Shown piece after piece: positions 37,290-50,142 of a DNA stretch of 64,000 nucleotides (positions are counted from its first letter, which is position 1; the number at the start of each line of letters is the position of its first letter). A program made the translations under genes and the position numbers. Under the pieces are notes generated by a model, which worked only from the letters and a program-made list of their open reading frames with translations, did not search any database and was not told where the DNA came from. This DNA is from Octopus bimaculoides. Its lineage: Eukaryota. The stretch lies in the NCBI RefSeq assembly GCF_001194135.2, contig NC_068982.1, forward strand, positions 31,894,453 through 31,958,452. Reading direction: 5' to 3'.

Positions 37290-37480
37290 ATATCTAACAA
37301 GTAAAGTTTTTTGCAACATTTAGTCCGGTTCTTTACATTCTGAGTTCAAACCTCAGCCAGGCTAACGTTGCCTTTCATCCTTTCAAAATTAATAAAATAA
37401 AGTAATAGTCAAGTGCTGGTGTTGTTAGTCCTGATAAACGTTCAACCTCAAATCTCACACCTTGTACCTGTATCGGAAAA
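37290..37480 (+). mobile_element. SINE family 1 (diverged)
   Basis: CATTTAGTCCGGTTCTTTACATTCTGAGTTCAAAC...GCCTTTCATCCTTTC...ATAAAATAAAGTA. Confidence 0.75.
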
Positions 37481-38356
37481 TAAAAATTGATTTGAAATGC
37501 GAAAACAAATTCTTGAAATTCGAGCTCATAAAACTATTAGATGCAGACTAGAATGTTTATAAAACACTTCTCCATTCTTATCAAACCGTTATTGATTTTT
37601 AAAACTATGCTTCTCTGATCACACGCCATTTCACACACAACACTCATTCAGCCACTTATGTCAGCTACCTCTGTCACTAATGGCATTTTAGCTATGTTAT
37701 CTACCCTATTGATCGATAGATAAACACACCGGTGATAGCATTATTTACTCTAAGAATATCATTTTAAGACATTTGCTAATATCATACGGCATTAAGCACT
37801 AATGTGAACTTTAACAGTGAAAAGAGAAAAAATAACGACAAAAGTCATTTAAAATCAATTGGACATCAAGAGTTAAGATGTAATCCAATACAAATAAATA
37901 AATGAAAATAATTTCAGCGATGATATCATTTATGACATTCAGAATTTATTTTAAAAAAAACATCAGATAATCTTTGGAAAATTGAGGAAACTTTTCAAAC
38001 TACTGCAGTAAACATGTAAATATAAACATTACAATGCAACTTTTCGCAAATTGTTTCAGTGTAAATATTATGCATTTGATTCTGTAAGTTTTATCCTTTT
38101 TTATGTGTTGTTGCTTCTTTCATAAACAAGATAAGATTCGTGTACACAAGTCAATGATAATCAAATCGCACGTAACGACAATCACGACAATTATAAGAAA
38201 GAAGCTCACCTTAAGCGTCTCTGTAATATTATTGACATTGACAACAAAGACAAATAATTTCAGGCATTGTAATATTGAGGATAACCCTCAAAAATGTTAG
38301 GTTCGCCATAAAGCTGCTTCACTTTTTCCCTTTGTTCATGCGCAATCGTTCGATAC

Positions 38357-38412
38357 CTGACACACCAACGTCGTTCGACGCGAGCTTTCGACGTGGCAGA
38401 TAGTATTTTATG
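38357..38412 (-). other. Candidate exon within a locally CpG-rich segment
   Basis: Strong acceptor TTCTCCATTTTCTGCATTACCTCCAG|; possible donor CAG|GTATCG; two frames open; may instead be a terminal exon to 38260. Confidence 0.22.
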
Positions 38413-38884
38413 CTGGAGGTAATGCAGAAAATGGAGAACCAAAATGAATATTCTCGATACATGCTTTTTTAAAATTTAAAACAAAAATAAGGTAAGAAAG
38501 CATCTGAAACCGGCACGAAGAACTGTGTTGTATCAGAGGGAATGCGTCTGTGCTGGAAGTAGTTTTCGAGATTTCGATCGAAAATTTCTTTCGGTTTAAG
38601 ATGCATATTGCTCTGGCCGGCCAACTTATATTAACAACTACCAAATGAAGGACCCCAGTTTTATTTTACTTACGAACAGAATATTCACAGATATTCTCCA
38701 GATGTGCAAACTGAGTGGTGAAGACCCTTTGCATTAATTTGGCTATGTCAGCGGGCTCGATCTTTGGGTCCGACATCAACGGAATGGAAAGAACATCACC
38801 CAGTGAATGTCCCTCTGTCTGTCATTCGGATGTATTACTGTGGCTAGCTGGCCATATTAAACATAGCAATCGACCAGAGGCGTC

Positions 38885-39918
38885 AGAACTCAAACAACAA
38901 AAAGTGCTAGGAATATTAATACAGTATGTGGGGATCTGAATATAAGCGTAAACCAGTGTCAACATTGGTTCTAGAAATACTGAGGCTGAAACTACAGCCT
39001 AGAAGACGAGCCTCATCCTGGAAGAGCAGTAGAGTTCAATGAGGACGTCCTGCAAACCTTGGTGGAACAAAATCCCGTCGTAACTGTTGAATAACTAGCA
39101 GAGCAGCTTGGATTTGGTCATTCAACCATTCGTCGACAACTGCATGCCATCGGAAAAGTCAGCAAATTCGGTCAATGAGTTTCTCACAAACTTCCCGGGT
39201 CTAATCACACGCAGAGAGTGAATGTGTGCTCTTCTTTGCTGTCTAAAAAAGACCAATTAGTGACTGGTGACGAGAAACTGGTTGTCTAAACAAATGTCAA
39301 ACGCCGAAGACAATGAGTATGGAAAGGAGAAACACCGGCACCCCAGGCTAAAGAAGGTTTTCACCTACATTATCTGTTATTATCTGTTTGGTGGGATATG
39401 AAAAGTTTAGTCCACTTTGAAATTTTAAATCCACAACAAACGATAACAAAGGAGATCCACTGCGAGCAGCTTGAACAGCTTAAGTCAGTGCTAGAAGAAA
39501 GGCGGCCATCTTCGTTTTCAAGACGAAAGGTGTTCTTCCATCAGGTTAATCTTCGATCACATACACCGAGATTGATATGCCAAAAGCTGGAGTAGTTTGA
39601 ATGGAAAATGATGCCCCATCCACCATATTCGCCGGACATTGCACCATCTGATTATCATTTATTCCGCAGTCTTCAAAGTAATTTGAACGGAAAAAATATG
39701 AATTCTGTAGACGAGGTCAGAACAGTAATGGAGGAGTATCTTTGTTCACGGACAAGTGAATTTTGGAAGAGGGACCTCGCAAATCTACCAGATAGATGGA
39801 AGAGCATTGCAGAAAATGAAGGAGAGTATAACGTAGTTTTAAAACGAATTTTGTTTATCTTGATTTTTAAAAGTGAAAGACGTATAAAAAAAAACGCATT
39901 ATTTATGGGATGACCCTG
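38885..39918 (+). mobile_element. Mariner (DD34D) transposon, 5'-truncated pseudogene
   Basis: *VSHKL (WVPHEL-like), VTGDEK, PHPPYSPDIAPSDYHLFRSLQ, LPDRWKSIAENEGEY; 3' TIR GCATTATTTATGGGATGACCCTG + TA. Confidence 0.95.
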
Positions 39919-40554
39919 TACTTTTCAGACAGGTCCAGTAACTATAGACTCATGCCTGTGCATTGCCATTTTCAGGTGATGTANNNNNNNNNNNNNNNNN
40001 NNNNNNNNNNNNNNNNNNNNNNNNNNNNNNNNNNNNNNNNNNNNNNNNNNNNNNNNNNNNNNNNNNNNNNNNNNNNNNNNNNNNNNNNNNNNNNNNNNNN
40101 NNNNNNNNNNNNNNNNNNNNNNNNNNNNNNNNNNNNNNNNNNNNNNNNNNNNNNNNNNNNNNNNNNNNNNNNNNNNNNNNNNNNNNNNNNNNNNNNNNNN
40201 NNNNNNNNNNNNNNNNNNNNNNNNNNNNNNNNNNNNNNNNNATATATATATATATGTATGTATGTATGTATACATACATATATATACACACCCATAAAAA
40301 GCACGCGAAAACACAAACATGCATAAACTAACACACACCTCTCAGGAATCTTTTACATTTGCTTGGGAATGGAACCCGAGTATAAACACAATATCCATTT
40401 ACAGTTCATAAACAGCTGGCCCTGAATGTAGTTTTATATACATTTCTAATATTTTTTTTATATATATAATACTTTCAAAATGTTGTCTCCAAATACAATG
40501 TTATGCTAACAGTTCACGTACGCAATTTGCATTTTATTTTTTTTTAATATGCAG

Positions 40555-40603
40555 GTATTGCTTTCTGTAGGGTATAAAGACAAAGTGTCAAACACGACTA
40601 CAA
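40555..40603 (+). CDS. Candidate small exon (VLLSVGYKDKVSNTTT)
   Basis: Acceptor TTTTATTTTTTTTTAATATGCAG|, donor AA|GTAAAT; phase-0 frame open, compatible with the 20831-20996 exon. Confidence 0.2.
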
Positions 40604-41169
40604 GTAAATAAAATGTAAACTGAAAAATGGTTAGCAGTTTATTTTTTAAAGCAATGTACAAGTAACGACACTAGTCATGTTAAACTCATACGAAGATTTA
40701 GAATTCAGATCTCACGTAAATATAACGTTTTGCGATTACTCTACAACCAAAAACAAAGCAAAACATGATCACTGCATACATGCCTGAAAATATGTGAACT
40801 ACATCAGGTCCGAAAAACTTGTGGAATTTTCCATTTCTGATGTATCATGTATCATTCTGACGTATTCAAAAACCTTCCAAATTTTGGAATTTAGGATAAA
40901 TGTTTATTAATTGTAATTAATTGAGCATAGTTAAAATATTGTGGTTGTCTTCCCTGCTAACGATACATTCTCCTCACGACCGATATAATTTAAATTTCAT
41001 AGATTACAATTCATTGATTAACAACGCTAAATATGTCAGCATTTTCCACACCATATTACTGATTCAACACATTCCAGTATTTTATTGGTAATTTTTGTAT
41101 CGAATCAAGAAAAACAAACGAAAATGTCGATTTGAACATAATTAGGCAGTAAAGTAACATTACTAATAA

Positions 41170-41520
41170 ATGGCTTCAAATTTTAGCACAAGTCGAGCAG
41201 TTTATGAGGGAGTCAGTCAATGACATCAATCCCAGTACTTGACTGGTACTTTATTTTATTGTCCGCGAAAGGATAACAGACAAAGTCGATCTCACGGCAT
41301 ATAGGAATTCAGACTAGAAAGAGCTCCCAAAATGCAGGAAAGCATTTTGGCTGACTCGCTAATGATTCTGCTAGCTCACTGCCTTAACATATTTAAATAA
41401 TCCACTATCCCCCTCTCCTGAATCTCAGGTAAAATCGACCTTGGCGGAATTTGAACTCAAGCCATTAAGATGGACAAAATGCTGTCACGCATTTTGTCCA
41501 ACATGTTGATGCCTTAAAAT
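41170..41520 (-). mobile_element. Two adjacent SINE family 1 copies (41170-41388 and 41420-41520)
   Basis: Reverse-complement core and head motifs in both. Confidence 0.8.
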
Positions 41521-43779
41521 TTGTACATAACACAATCCATTGTTTTTCTAGACGTCAGCCGGTTATACCCAACCTCTGTTTTGTGATATATTGGTTTACA
41601 TTAGAACGGTTTGTGTAAATTTCAATCTAAATAGTAGAGGCCACAAACATAAGAGTAAAGTATTGCTGTACTACTCAACCATTGTTGATATGATTCGTTT
41701 TATTCTTTTTGGTTTTCTTCGAATACGTTGGATTGGAAAACAGGAAACTATATCTCTGATCTCAAAAGAATTGATTCAGTCTTTGAGACAATGAATGAAT
41801 TTTATGAAGTTTATCTTCTAAATAATAAATATTTTTCTCTCTTTAAGAAGAAAGACATTATCTAAGGAACTGAATGACGCTTGAATATGAATAGGTTGTC
41901 GATTTTTAAAGATGAGGAGTTCATTTCATGATATATTCTATTCAGCCATTTTTCTTGTATACCTTACTCTATTGATCTTAATTTAATTCTGTATTTAGGC
42001 CACGTACTAATTTGATTTATAAATCTCCTCATCTTTAAAGCCTACCTATTTTAACCTCATAAAAATAAAGATAACAACAGGCAGGACAACAGAAGTAGTA
42101 ATGATGTGGAAAATATAGACATAAAACTAGTAATCTGATGTGAAAACATAACAAGATTTTCAAAGTATATTGAATATTCCATGAAAGCCTAATTTCACCC
42201 CTATAAACTATATCAAATCTCGTTAAGAAATAAATCAAAATATTTATCGACCATAATAAACTTAACTTCAGTGTAATACAATTCGAATTCTAGGGGAATA
42301 GGTTAAGAACAAACAAATTTATACTAAGATAGGATATGAAAAACCTGCCCTGAATTGCTGCTCATTCTCTCCATGTACATATAAATTCATGCAACTAAGT
42401 TAAACAAATAGCTCGTGAACATGTTGGACATGAACAATCCATTTGAGTATTTCATTTACCTAAATAAATAGAGAGCAAACTGGGCGGTGACAACTATTAG
42501 ACTAGCCATTATTTAAATTACATTATGATGGCCTTGAAAAATGGAACAGGTATTGTGATTTCAATTCCGAGATATGAAAAGATGAACTGATGATGGAGAA
42601 AGGATGTTTTTGATCATGGGTGTGCATCATTAAGGTTGATCTGAGTAAAACAACAACAATAAAGAATCAGATTTTAGATAGTAATCACTGATACGAAACT
42701 CTAATATAATGACAAACAGCTGAATATATTTTGTGCAGCTTAGCTCCGGGTTGCGAGACAAAAAGAGAATTAAAATTGTGGTAGAGCACCAAACTTGAAT
42801 GAGATAGAAAATTGAATTACTATACTAAATTTGAAATTACATGGAATACCTCGAACCACATTGATTATCCAGTAGCAACTAATGAAGAACATATCATTTT
42901 CATTCCGTTGTTTTTTATAGGAATACATACACTTAGTGAGATGAAGTTTATAAATTATTGGGTAAGATTTTATATAAATGATAATTTAAATATCCAAAAA
43001 CGAGCTAGTGGGTGTCAAACTAGATATCTATGCTTTCTGGGTGACAAAGTTATTGATTAATCTTCAATCAATTTTCATACTTTTTTCTCGAATCCAATAT
43101 ATAAGCGTGTTTCTGTTTTCTTATTACTTTTTTCATTTTACTGTTCTTCTGATGTCTCGGTATCTATCAGTATGGCTCTTGCAACACAGATATTTTTCAA
43201 CTACAGAGCAATAACAGGACACGTTCCATCTACTATTATATCAAATATGTGGTATGACACTAAGATTTAATGTGTACTGGAAATAAACTCATGAATAAAA
43301 AGAATATTTGAATGAATGGTTAAGGTAGCTATATTTGCCAAATACAGAGTTACTAGACGCATCCTATACTGTTAATGCTAAGTGACTGTTGAATAATCTA
43401 TGTAGGTTGCTTAGTTGGAATTCCATCAGTAGATTCTTCTGGTAACTTGACGGAACGGTTCCGTGGTAGACGTGATTCTAAAGACAAGAGACATTTTCCT
43501 GTTCAGGAAACCTCATATCAGTATTTTCATGATAAGAAGACAGGGGGGGGGGATAGGAAGATGGAAATGGTGCATCAGTAAATTTGCTGTAAGCTGGATG
43601 AGATTTTCGAATAAGGCTAAAATGAATGACTTGCTTTCAGCATAGGCCAGAAAATGGCAATTGTAAGGCAACAGATGCTTTTGAAAGCCAGGGAAATCTA
43701 TACTTTCATTCTCATTTTTTCTTTCATTTACTATTCGATTTCTTCTGCAAGCTATTCCTGTAGTGTCTTCTCAATGTCC

Positions 43780-43899
43780 CCGAAAAGATGAAAGGCAAAG
43801 TCGACTTCGGTGGAATTTCAACTCAGGACGTAGCGACAGACAAAATACCGCTAAGCATTTCGCCCAGCGTGCTAACGATTCTACCAGCTCGCCGCCTTA
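43780..43899 (-). mobile_element. SINE family 1, 5' half
   Basis: Reverse complement of AAGGCGGCGAGCTGGTAGAATCGTTAGCACGCTGGGCGAAATGCTTAGCGGTATT...; head abuts (AAC)n(AAT)n. Confidence 0.92.
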
Positions 43900-43985
43900 A
43901 CAACAACAACAACAACAACAACAACAATAATAATAATAATAATAATAATAATNNNNNNNNNNTAATAATAATAATAATAATAATA

Positions 43986-44050
<65 letters not shown>
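43899..44050. repeat. (AAC)n-(AAT)n switching to (ATT)n: self-complementary microsatellite junction
   Basis: Polarity switch at ~43986; a 10-N gap lies within the left arm. Confidence 0.85.
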
Positions 44051-44051
<1 letters not shown>

Positions 44052-44901
44052 TAGTTTTATTTTTATAACGTGCTCTCACTTCACTACGGAGCGCAGCCCT
44101 GTGTGCCTTGGGTATGTGCTGTGGTTTGCTTTGATGCTCTTATGGTTACTGTATTGAAAGTGTTTTGCGTAGGATGTGTGCAGTGCCCAGTAGTGCAATC
44201 TTCTGTATGTTATATATATTTGTAAGTCCTTGTGTTTTTGTTATGTATTTGTCTAAATATTTTTTATTATACCTAAGGCACCTACTATGATAGGAATTAT
44301 TTCTGTTTTTACATTCCACATTCGAGTTACCTCTATTTCCAGGTCTTTGTATTTTGAAAGTTTCTCCATTTCTTTTAGGGAAACGTTGTCATCTGTTAGT
44401 ATTGATACATCAATTAGAAAGCATTTTTTTTTCAATCATAATCTTTGACAACTATATCTGGCCCATTGGCCTCAATTTCTCTATTTGTGTGTATTGGCAT
44501 ATCCCAGAGTATGGTTGCTTTCTCGTTTTCTGTGACCTTTTCTGGCGTGAGTTTATATCATCTTTTTTCTGTTGTTATTCCATAGTGTTGGCATAGCTTC
44601 CAGTGTATATAGGTCCCAGCTTTGTCGTGTCTGTGAATATATTCCTTCTTAGCCAGGACTGGGCAGCCAGAGATAGTATGATTTATTGTTTCTTGTCCAT
44701 CGCCACATATTCTGCAGTTACTTGTTATGTTTCTTTCATTATATGTGTTTGGTAATTTCTGGTGGGGAGGTTTTGGTTTTGTGCAGTAATTAAAGATCCT
44801 TTTTATTTGACAATATTCAGGGGCTCTTCTAATTATTTGTTATTTGGTTTGAGGAGAACAGATTTAGATAATCCATTCATGATGAATTTTCTGATCAAAG
44901 A

Positions 44902-44905
<4 letters not shown>
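44051..44905 (-). mobile_element. R4/Dong-clade retrotransposon, copy H
   Basis: CFLIDVSILTDDNVSLKEMEKLSKYKDLEIEVTRMWNVKTEIIPIIVGALG; knuckle CRICGDGQETIN; (ATT)n both sides. Confidence 0.93.
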
Positions 44906-44949
<44 letters not shown>

Positions 44950-45021
44950 TAAAATGCTTAACGACTCTTCATCCGTGTTTACTTACTGATACATCATCAT
45001 CAGCATCATCATCATTATCAT

Positions 45022-45240
45022 TACTAAGTTGCCGAGCTGGCAGAATCGTTAGCACGCTGGACGAAGTATTTCGCCTGTCACTCCGTTCTGCGTTCAAATT
45101 CCGCTGAGGTTGGCTTTGACTTTGACTTTCATCCTTTCGGGGTCGATAAATTAAGTACCAGTGAAACACTGGGGTCCATGTAATTGACTCATCCCTTCCG
45201 CCAAAATTGCTATCCTTGTGGCAAAATTTGAAAATCATTA
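45022..45240 (+). mobile_element. SINE family 1, full length
   Basis: Preceded by ATTATCATTACT; tail GGCAAAATTTGAAAATCATTATT runs into the 3' end of Dong copy I. Confidence 0.92.
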
Positions 45241-45249
45241 TTTTTTTTT

Positions 45250-46956
45250 TCAGTAATCTTATTACCACGTGCTTTCACTGCACTACCGAAGGCAACTCTA
45301 TGTGCCTTGGGTGTGTGGTTTGTGGTTTGTTGTGATGCTCTTAATTTCACTGTATTGAAAGTGTTTTACGTAGGATGTGTGCGGTGCCTGGTAGTGCTAT
45401 TTTCTGTATGTTATATATAGTTGTAAGTCCAGGTGTTTTTGTTATGTTTTTGTCTGAATGCTTTTTATCATACCTAATGCGTTTACTATCATAGGAATTG
45501 TTTCTATTTTTAGACTCCACATTCGAGTTATCTCTATTTCCAGATTTTCATATTTTCAAAGTGTCTCCGATTCTTTTAGAGAAACATTGTCATCTGTTGG
45601 TATTGATACATCGATTAGAAAGCATTTTTTGCTGGTAATCTCTGACGATTATATCCGGCCTATTTGCTTTAATTTCTGTATCTGTGTGTATTGACATATC
45701 CCAGACTATGGTTGCTTTCTCATTTTCTATGACCTTTTCTGGCGTGTGCCTATACCATAAGTTTTCTGTTGTCATTCCTTAGTGTTGGCATAGCTTCTGT
45801 CGTGTCTGTGAATATATTAATTCTTAGCCAGGACCGGGCCGCCAGGACTGGGCCGCCAGAGACTGTATGATTTATTGTTTCTTCTCCATCTCCACATATT
45901 ATGCAGTGACTATTAGTTCTTTTCATTACATGTTCTTGGTAATTTCTAGTGGGAAGGATTTGGTCATTTGGTGCAATTAAAAAGCCTTTAGTCTCTGCTC
46001 TACGTCCTGATCTTTTCAGCCACTGTTACGATTTTGCTTTGTCTATTTCTTTTCTATTTAGCTTAACCTATTATTTGCCATGAATATTTGATTTTCCACT
46101 CATGCTGTGATTCGTTGTTGTCCCAGTTTTAATATGGATTTCAGTTGTCTTACAACTTTTGTTGTTTCTTCTTTTTCTTCGTAGTTGTTAGGTACTATGA
46201 CTTCTTTTTTGTATTTGTCAGCTTCTCTAAAGACTGAAAACAGCTTTTTGTTTTGTTCGTGTTTTTTAATTGTATTTGTTTTTGTGGCTTCCGTAGTAGG
46301 CATCTCTGCAGTCTTATGCTGGTTATTTTGTAATAGTTTTCTAGCTGTATAAGGCCTCGACCACCTTCCATGCGTTGTATATATAATCTTTCTTTGTCAG
46401 ATATTGGGTGGTACATCCTAAATCCTATCATTATTTTTCTTATTTTCCTGTCTATTTTGATTGGTTCATTTAGAGTCCAGCTAAGAATATCGTAGATGTA
46501 TCTTATAACTGGGACGGCAAGAGTGTTGATAACTATTATCTTCTTTTTGCATTGAGCATTTGTTTTCAGTATTAATCTATCTCGTCTATAGTCTGCTTTT
46601 CATATCTTTCATTTGGGCGTGTTGTATCGTATCTAGTTCATTGAGTCCTAAGTATTTGTGTATCTGGCTTTGGTCTAATTCTCTTATTTCATTTGCTTTA
46701 CCTAGTATGATGTTGCTACTCTTAACTAGTTTTCCTCTTTTCAAGGTTGCTTTGGCACATTTTTCTAAGTCAAATTTCACGTGTTTTCTTTGGTTAATCC
46801 ATGTACTATCTGTTGTACTACTTCCAGCTGTTTATCATTTGTAGCGTACAGTTTTAGGTCATCCATATATAAGAGGCGACTGATTGTTCTGCCGTAACAG
46901 TTGTATCCACACCCAATTCTGTTTAACGTGTCAGATAAAAGTGTCAGTCACAAACA

Positions 46957-46957
<1 letters not shown>
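45250..46957 (-). mobile_element. R4/Dong-clade retrotransposon, copy I (related to H; retains RT catalytic motif)
   Basis: RLLYMDDLKLYATND (YMDD ~46856-46867), FDLEKCAKATLKRGKL, KYLG, ERLYIQRMEGGRGL, IKANRPDIIVRD. Confidence 0.93.
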
Positions 46958-47043
<86 letters not shown>

Positions 47044-47697
47044 GCCTTTGCACAGCTCCTAACGCTAGAGATCTACTTCAGTGTCAGCTGTTCACTACCA
47101 GTGAACTAAGGCAACACCTCTAATTTTTCGAGCACCTTCCGGAGTATTCAAGCGGTTCCAAGCATTTCTCCACTCCTATTGCAGCTCCTATTTGTTCCAC
47201 GTACTTCTCGAGATTTTTGCCCACTGTTCCCAGGGCTCCCACAAATATTGGTACTACTTCTACCTTTTACATTGACTACAACTGCTTAACTTCCCAAGCT
47301 GACCTGTCATATCTCTCGACTTTTCTTTCTTCCTTATCGCATACCTTGTCGTCAGCTAGTCGTTCTATATCTATGATCCAGCATAGTTTGTTTTCTTTCT
47401 CAATTAAGACTATCTCAGGATTCCTATTCTCTATCTCATGGTCGCACTGAATCATAAAATCCCATAGGATCTTTGCATTTCTATTTTCGACGATATCTTC
47501 AGGTTTGTTGTCGTACATATTTTTTGCTCTGCCAAGTCCATACTTACTGCAAAGCGTCCAATGGACAAGCGTGGCTATATTGTCGTGGTGTCTCTTATAT
47601 TCCTTCTGGGTTAGTGGCGTACATTGGCTGGTAATATGCCATATGGTTTCACCGTTTTGTCTACAGGTTCCGCACTAATCACTTTCTGCTGTGTTTA
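47044..47697 (-). mobile_element. R4/Dong-clade retrotransposon, copy J
   Basis: HITSQCTPLTQKEYKRHHD, KILWDFMIQCDHEIENRNPEIVLIEK, IFVGALG; (ATT)n and (GTT/ATT)n flanks. Confidence 0.9.
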
Positions 47698-47731
47698 ATA
47701 TTATTATTGTTGTTGTTGTTGTTGTTGATAA

Positions 47732-47777
<46 letters not shown>

Positions 47778-47789
47778 ATTATTATTTTA

Positions 47790-48828
47790 TTTGGCTCAGT
47801 TTCGCTCATAAACCTGGTAGGAATTACGTGGATAGCGGGTTATTACTTGTAACTTTAGGTATCCACAGATTTTCAGCAGTCTTTCTAATGCTTACAACGC
47901 TCATGATATTCTTTACTGTCCTAAGAGACTAACTTTCTGTAGGAGCTCTACCGAGCATTCTAGTTTAATCTCCTTCAATCATTTGTCTATATCATGGCTT
48001 ACTATTCCCAACGCACTAATCATTACAGGCATGACATTTAATGCTCGCATGCTACAAAATCTTCCTATTTCAAACATTAAGAAATTGTATCTTTTTTTTG
48101 TTTTTCTTCCTCTTCTTTACGATCCTGTAATAAAACGGTCATGATGGGTCGACATGTAAGAAACTTCGCTTTTCTTTATCTACAATCCTTATTTCTCGTT
48201 TCTTATTTTCTAATTGCTTGTCCGTTTGAATAGAAAAATGCAACAGAATCATACATTTCTCCGACTCCTGTACTCTTTCGATTCGGTGATTTTACCATGT
48301 GTTTCTATATTCAAATCTCCATTTCTGGCACAGTGTCCAGTGTAAAACTTTTACAGCCTGGCCGAGCTTTCATTACTTATATTCTTTCTGAGCCAACTTG
48401 GGGAATTCTTTCATAATGTCTTGCTGCTCCAAGTTCCACATGCTCTACATTTTTCTGACACATTCTCGCCATATATATTTTTTTCTCGTGGTTATTTGTT
48501 TTTATCGCTTGATCTTGGGCTGCTACAATTAGGCACTCTGTTTCTTTCTTCATTTGCCCACTTTTTAACCAAGCCCAGGATTTTGTTCCACATATGCATT
48601 CTGTGGCTCTCCAATGTTGGCCATGCAGAGGTTTTTCTTTGATCTGTCTGACATTTCCATTTTTAATATCTCATTCTTGCCTTTTTCTCCTATTAGGCGA
48701 CTCATAACCTGTTTTGCTTTGCTATTGATTTAACCTTCTTTGCAACTACAGTTACTGCACTTTCATCATCCTGTTCAACATGGGTATTATGCATAAATTA
48801 GCTTTAAAATATTTTGCTCTCCTTCGTA
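47790..48828 (-). mobile_element. R4/Dong-clade retrotransposon, copy K (old, diverged)
   Basis: SWAWLKSGQMKKETECLIVAAQDQAIKTN, EKCRACG, VMPVMISALG, LLQKVSLLG; (ATT)n flanks. Confidence 0.82.
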
Positions 48829-48851
48829 TTATTATTATTATTATTATTATT

Positions 48852-49100
48852 CAGTAGTTTTATTTTTATAACGTGCTTTCACTTCACTACCGAGCGCAGC
48901 TCTGTGCGCCTTGGGTATGTGCTGTGGTTTGCTGTGGTGCTCTTATGTTTACTGTATTGAAAGTGTTTTGCGTAGAATGTGTGCAGTACCCAGTAGTGCA
49001 ATTTTCTGTATGTTATATATATTTGTAAGTCCTGGTGTTTTTGTTATGTATTTGTCTGAATATTTTTTTATTATACCTAAGGCACCTACTATGATAGGAA
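48852..49100 (-). mobile_element. R4/Dong-clade 3' end, copy L (family of H)
   Basis: Near-identical to 44051-44300; IPIIVGALGIIKKYSDKYITKTPGLTNIYNIQKIALLGTAHILRKTLSIQ*. Confidence 0.93.
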
Positions 49101-49555
49101 TTATTATTATTATTATTNNNNNNNNNNNNNNNNNNNNNNNNNNNNNNNNNNNNNNNNNNNNNNNNNNNNNNNNNNNNNNNNNNNNNNNNNNNNNNNNNNN
49201 NNNNNNNNNNNNNNNNNNNNNNNNNNNNNNNNNNNNNNNNNNNNNNNNNNNNNNNNNNNNNNNNNNNNNNNNNNNNNNNNNNNNNNNNNNNNNNNNNNNN
49301 NNNNNNNNNNNNNNNNNNNNNNNNNNNNNNNNNNNNNNNNNNNNNNNNNNNNNNNNNNNNNNNNNNNNNNNNNNNNNNNNNNNNNNNNNNNNNNNNNNNN
49401 NNNNNNNNNNNNNNNNNNNNNNNNNNNNNNNNNNNNNNNNNNNNNNNNNNNNNNNNNNNNNNNNNNNNNNNNNNNNNNNNNNNNNNNNNNNNNNNNNNNN
49501 NNNNNNNNNNNNNNNNNNNNATATATATACACACACACATATATATATATATATA

Positions 49556-49609
<54 letters not shown>

Positions 49610-49620
<11 letters not shown>

Positions 49621-49830
49621 GTGTGTCTGTTTGTTCCCCCAACATCGCTTGACAACCGATGTTGGTGTGTTTACGTCCCCGTAACTTCGCGGTTCGGTAA
49701 AAGAGACCGATAGAAAAAGTACTAGGCTTACAAAGAGTAAGTTCTGGGGTCGATTTGTTCCACTAAAGGTGGTGCTCCAGCGTGACCGCAGTCAAATGAC
49801 TGAAACAATAAAAGGGTAATGAAAGAGTAA
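49610..49830 (+). mobile_element. SINE family 2, 3' half
   Basis: CCCCAACATCGCTTGACAACCGATG...GGCTTACAAAG...CAGTCAAATGACTGAAACAA; near-identical to 62960-63170. Confidence 0.85.
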
Positions 49831-50026
49831 AAGAGTGTCTCCCACTACTTCTGCTCGTGATCAGTGATGCACATATCGTCAGCCATTTAGAGACAAATCT
49901 GTAGTATTGAGCAGAATATTTGCTGTAGTCATCTTTTATACCAAGACAAAACAATCTACATGATAAGTCTTCCAATCAGTTAAGTTGAGAAGCCATGTGA
50001 GCCACTTCCTGGTACTGTATCAGGGC

Positions 50027-50142
<116 letters not shown>

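Noticed and set aside
43507-43590. Plus-strand exon candidate after TTTTCCTGTTCAG
   Set aside because: Contains a G10 homopolymer, and its open frames are not phase-compatible with neighbouring candidates.
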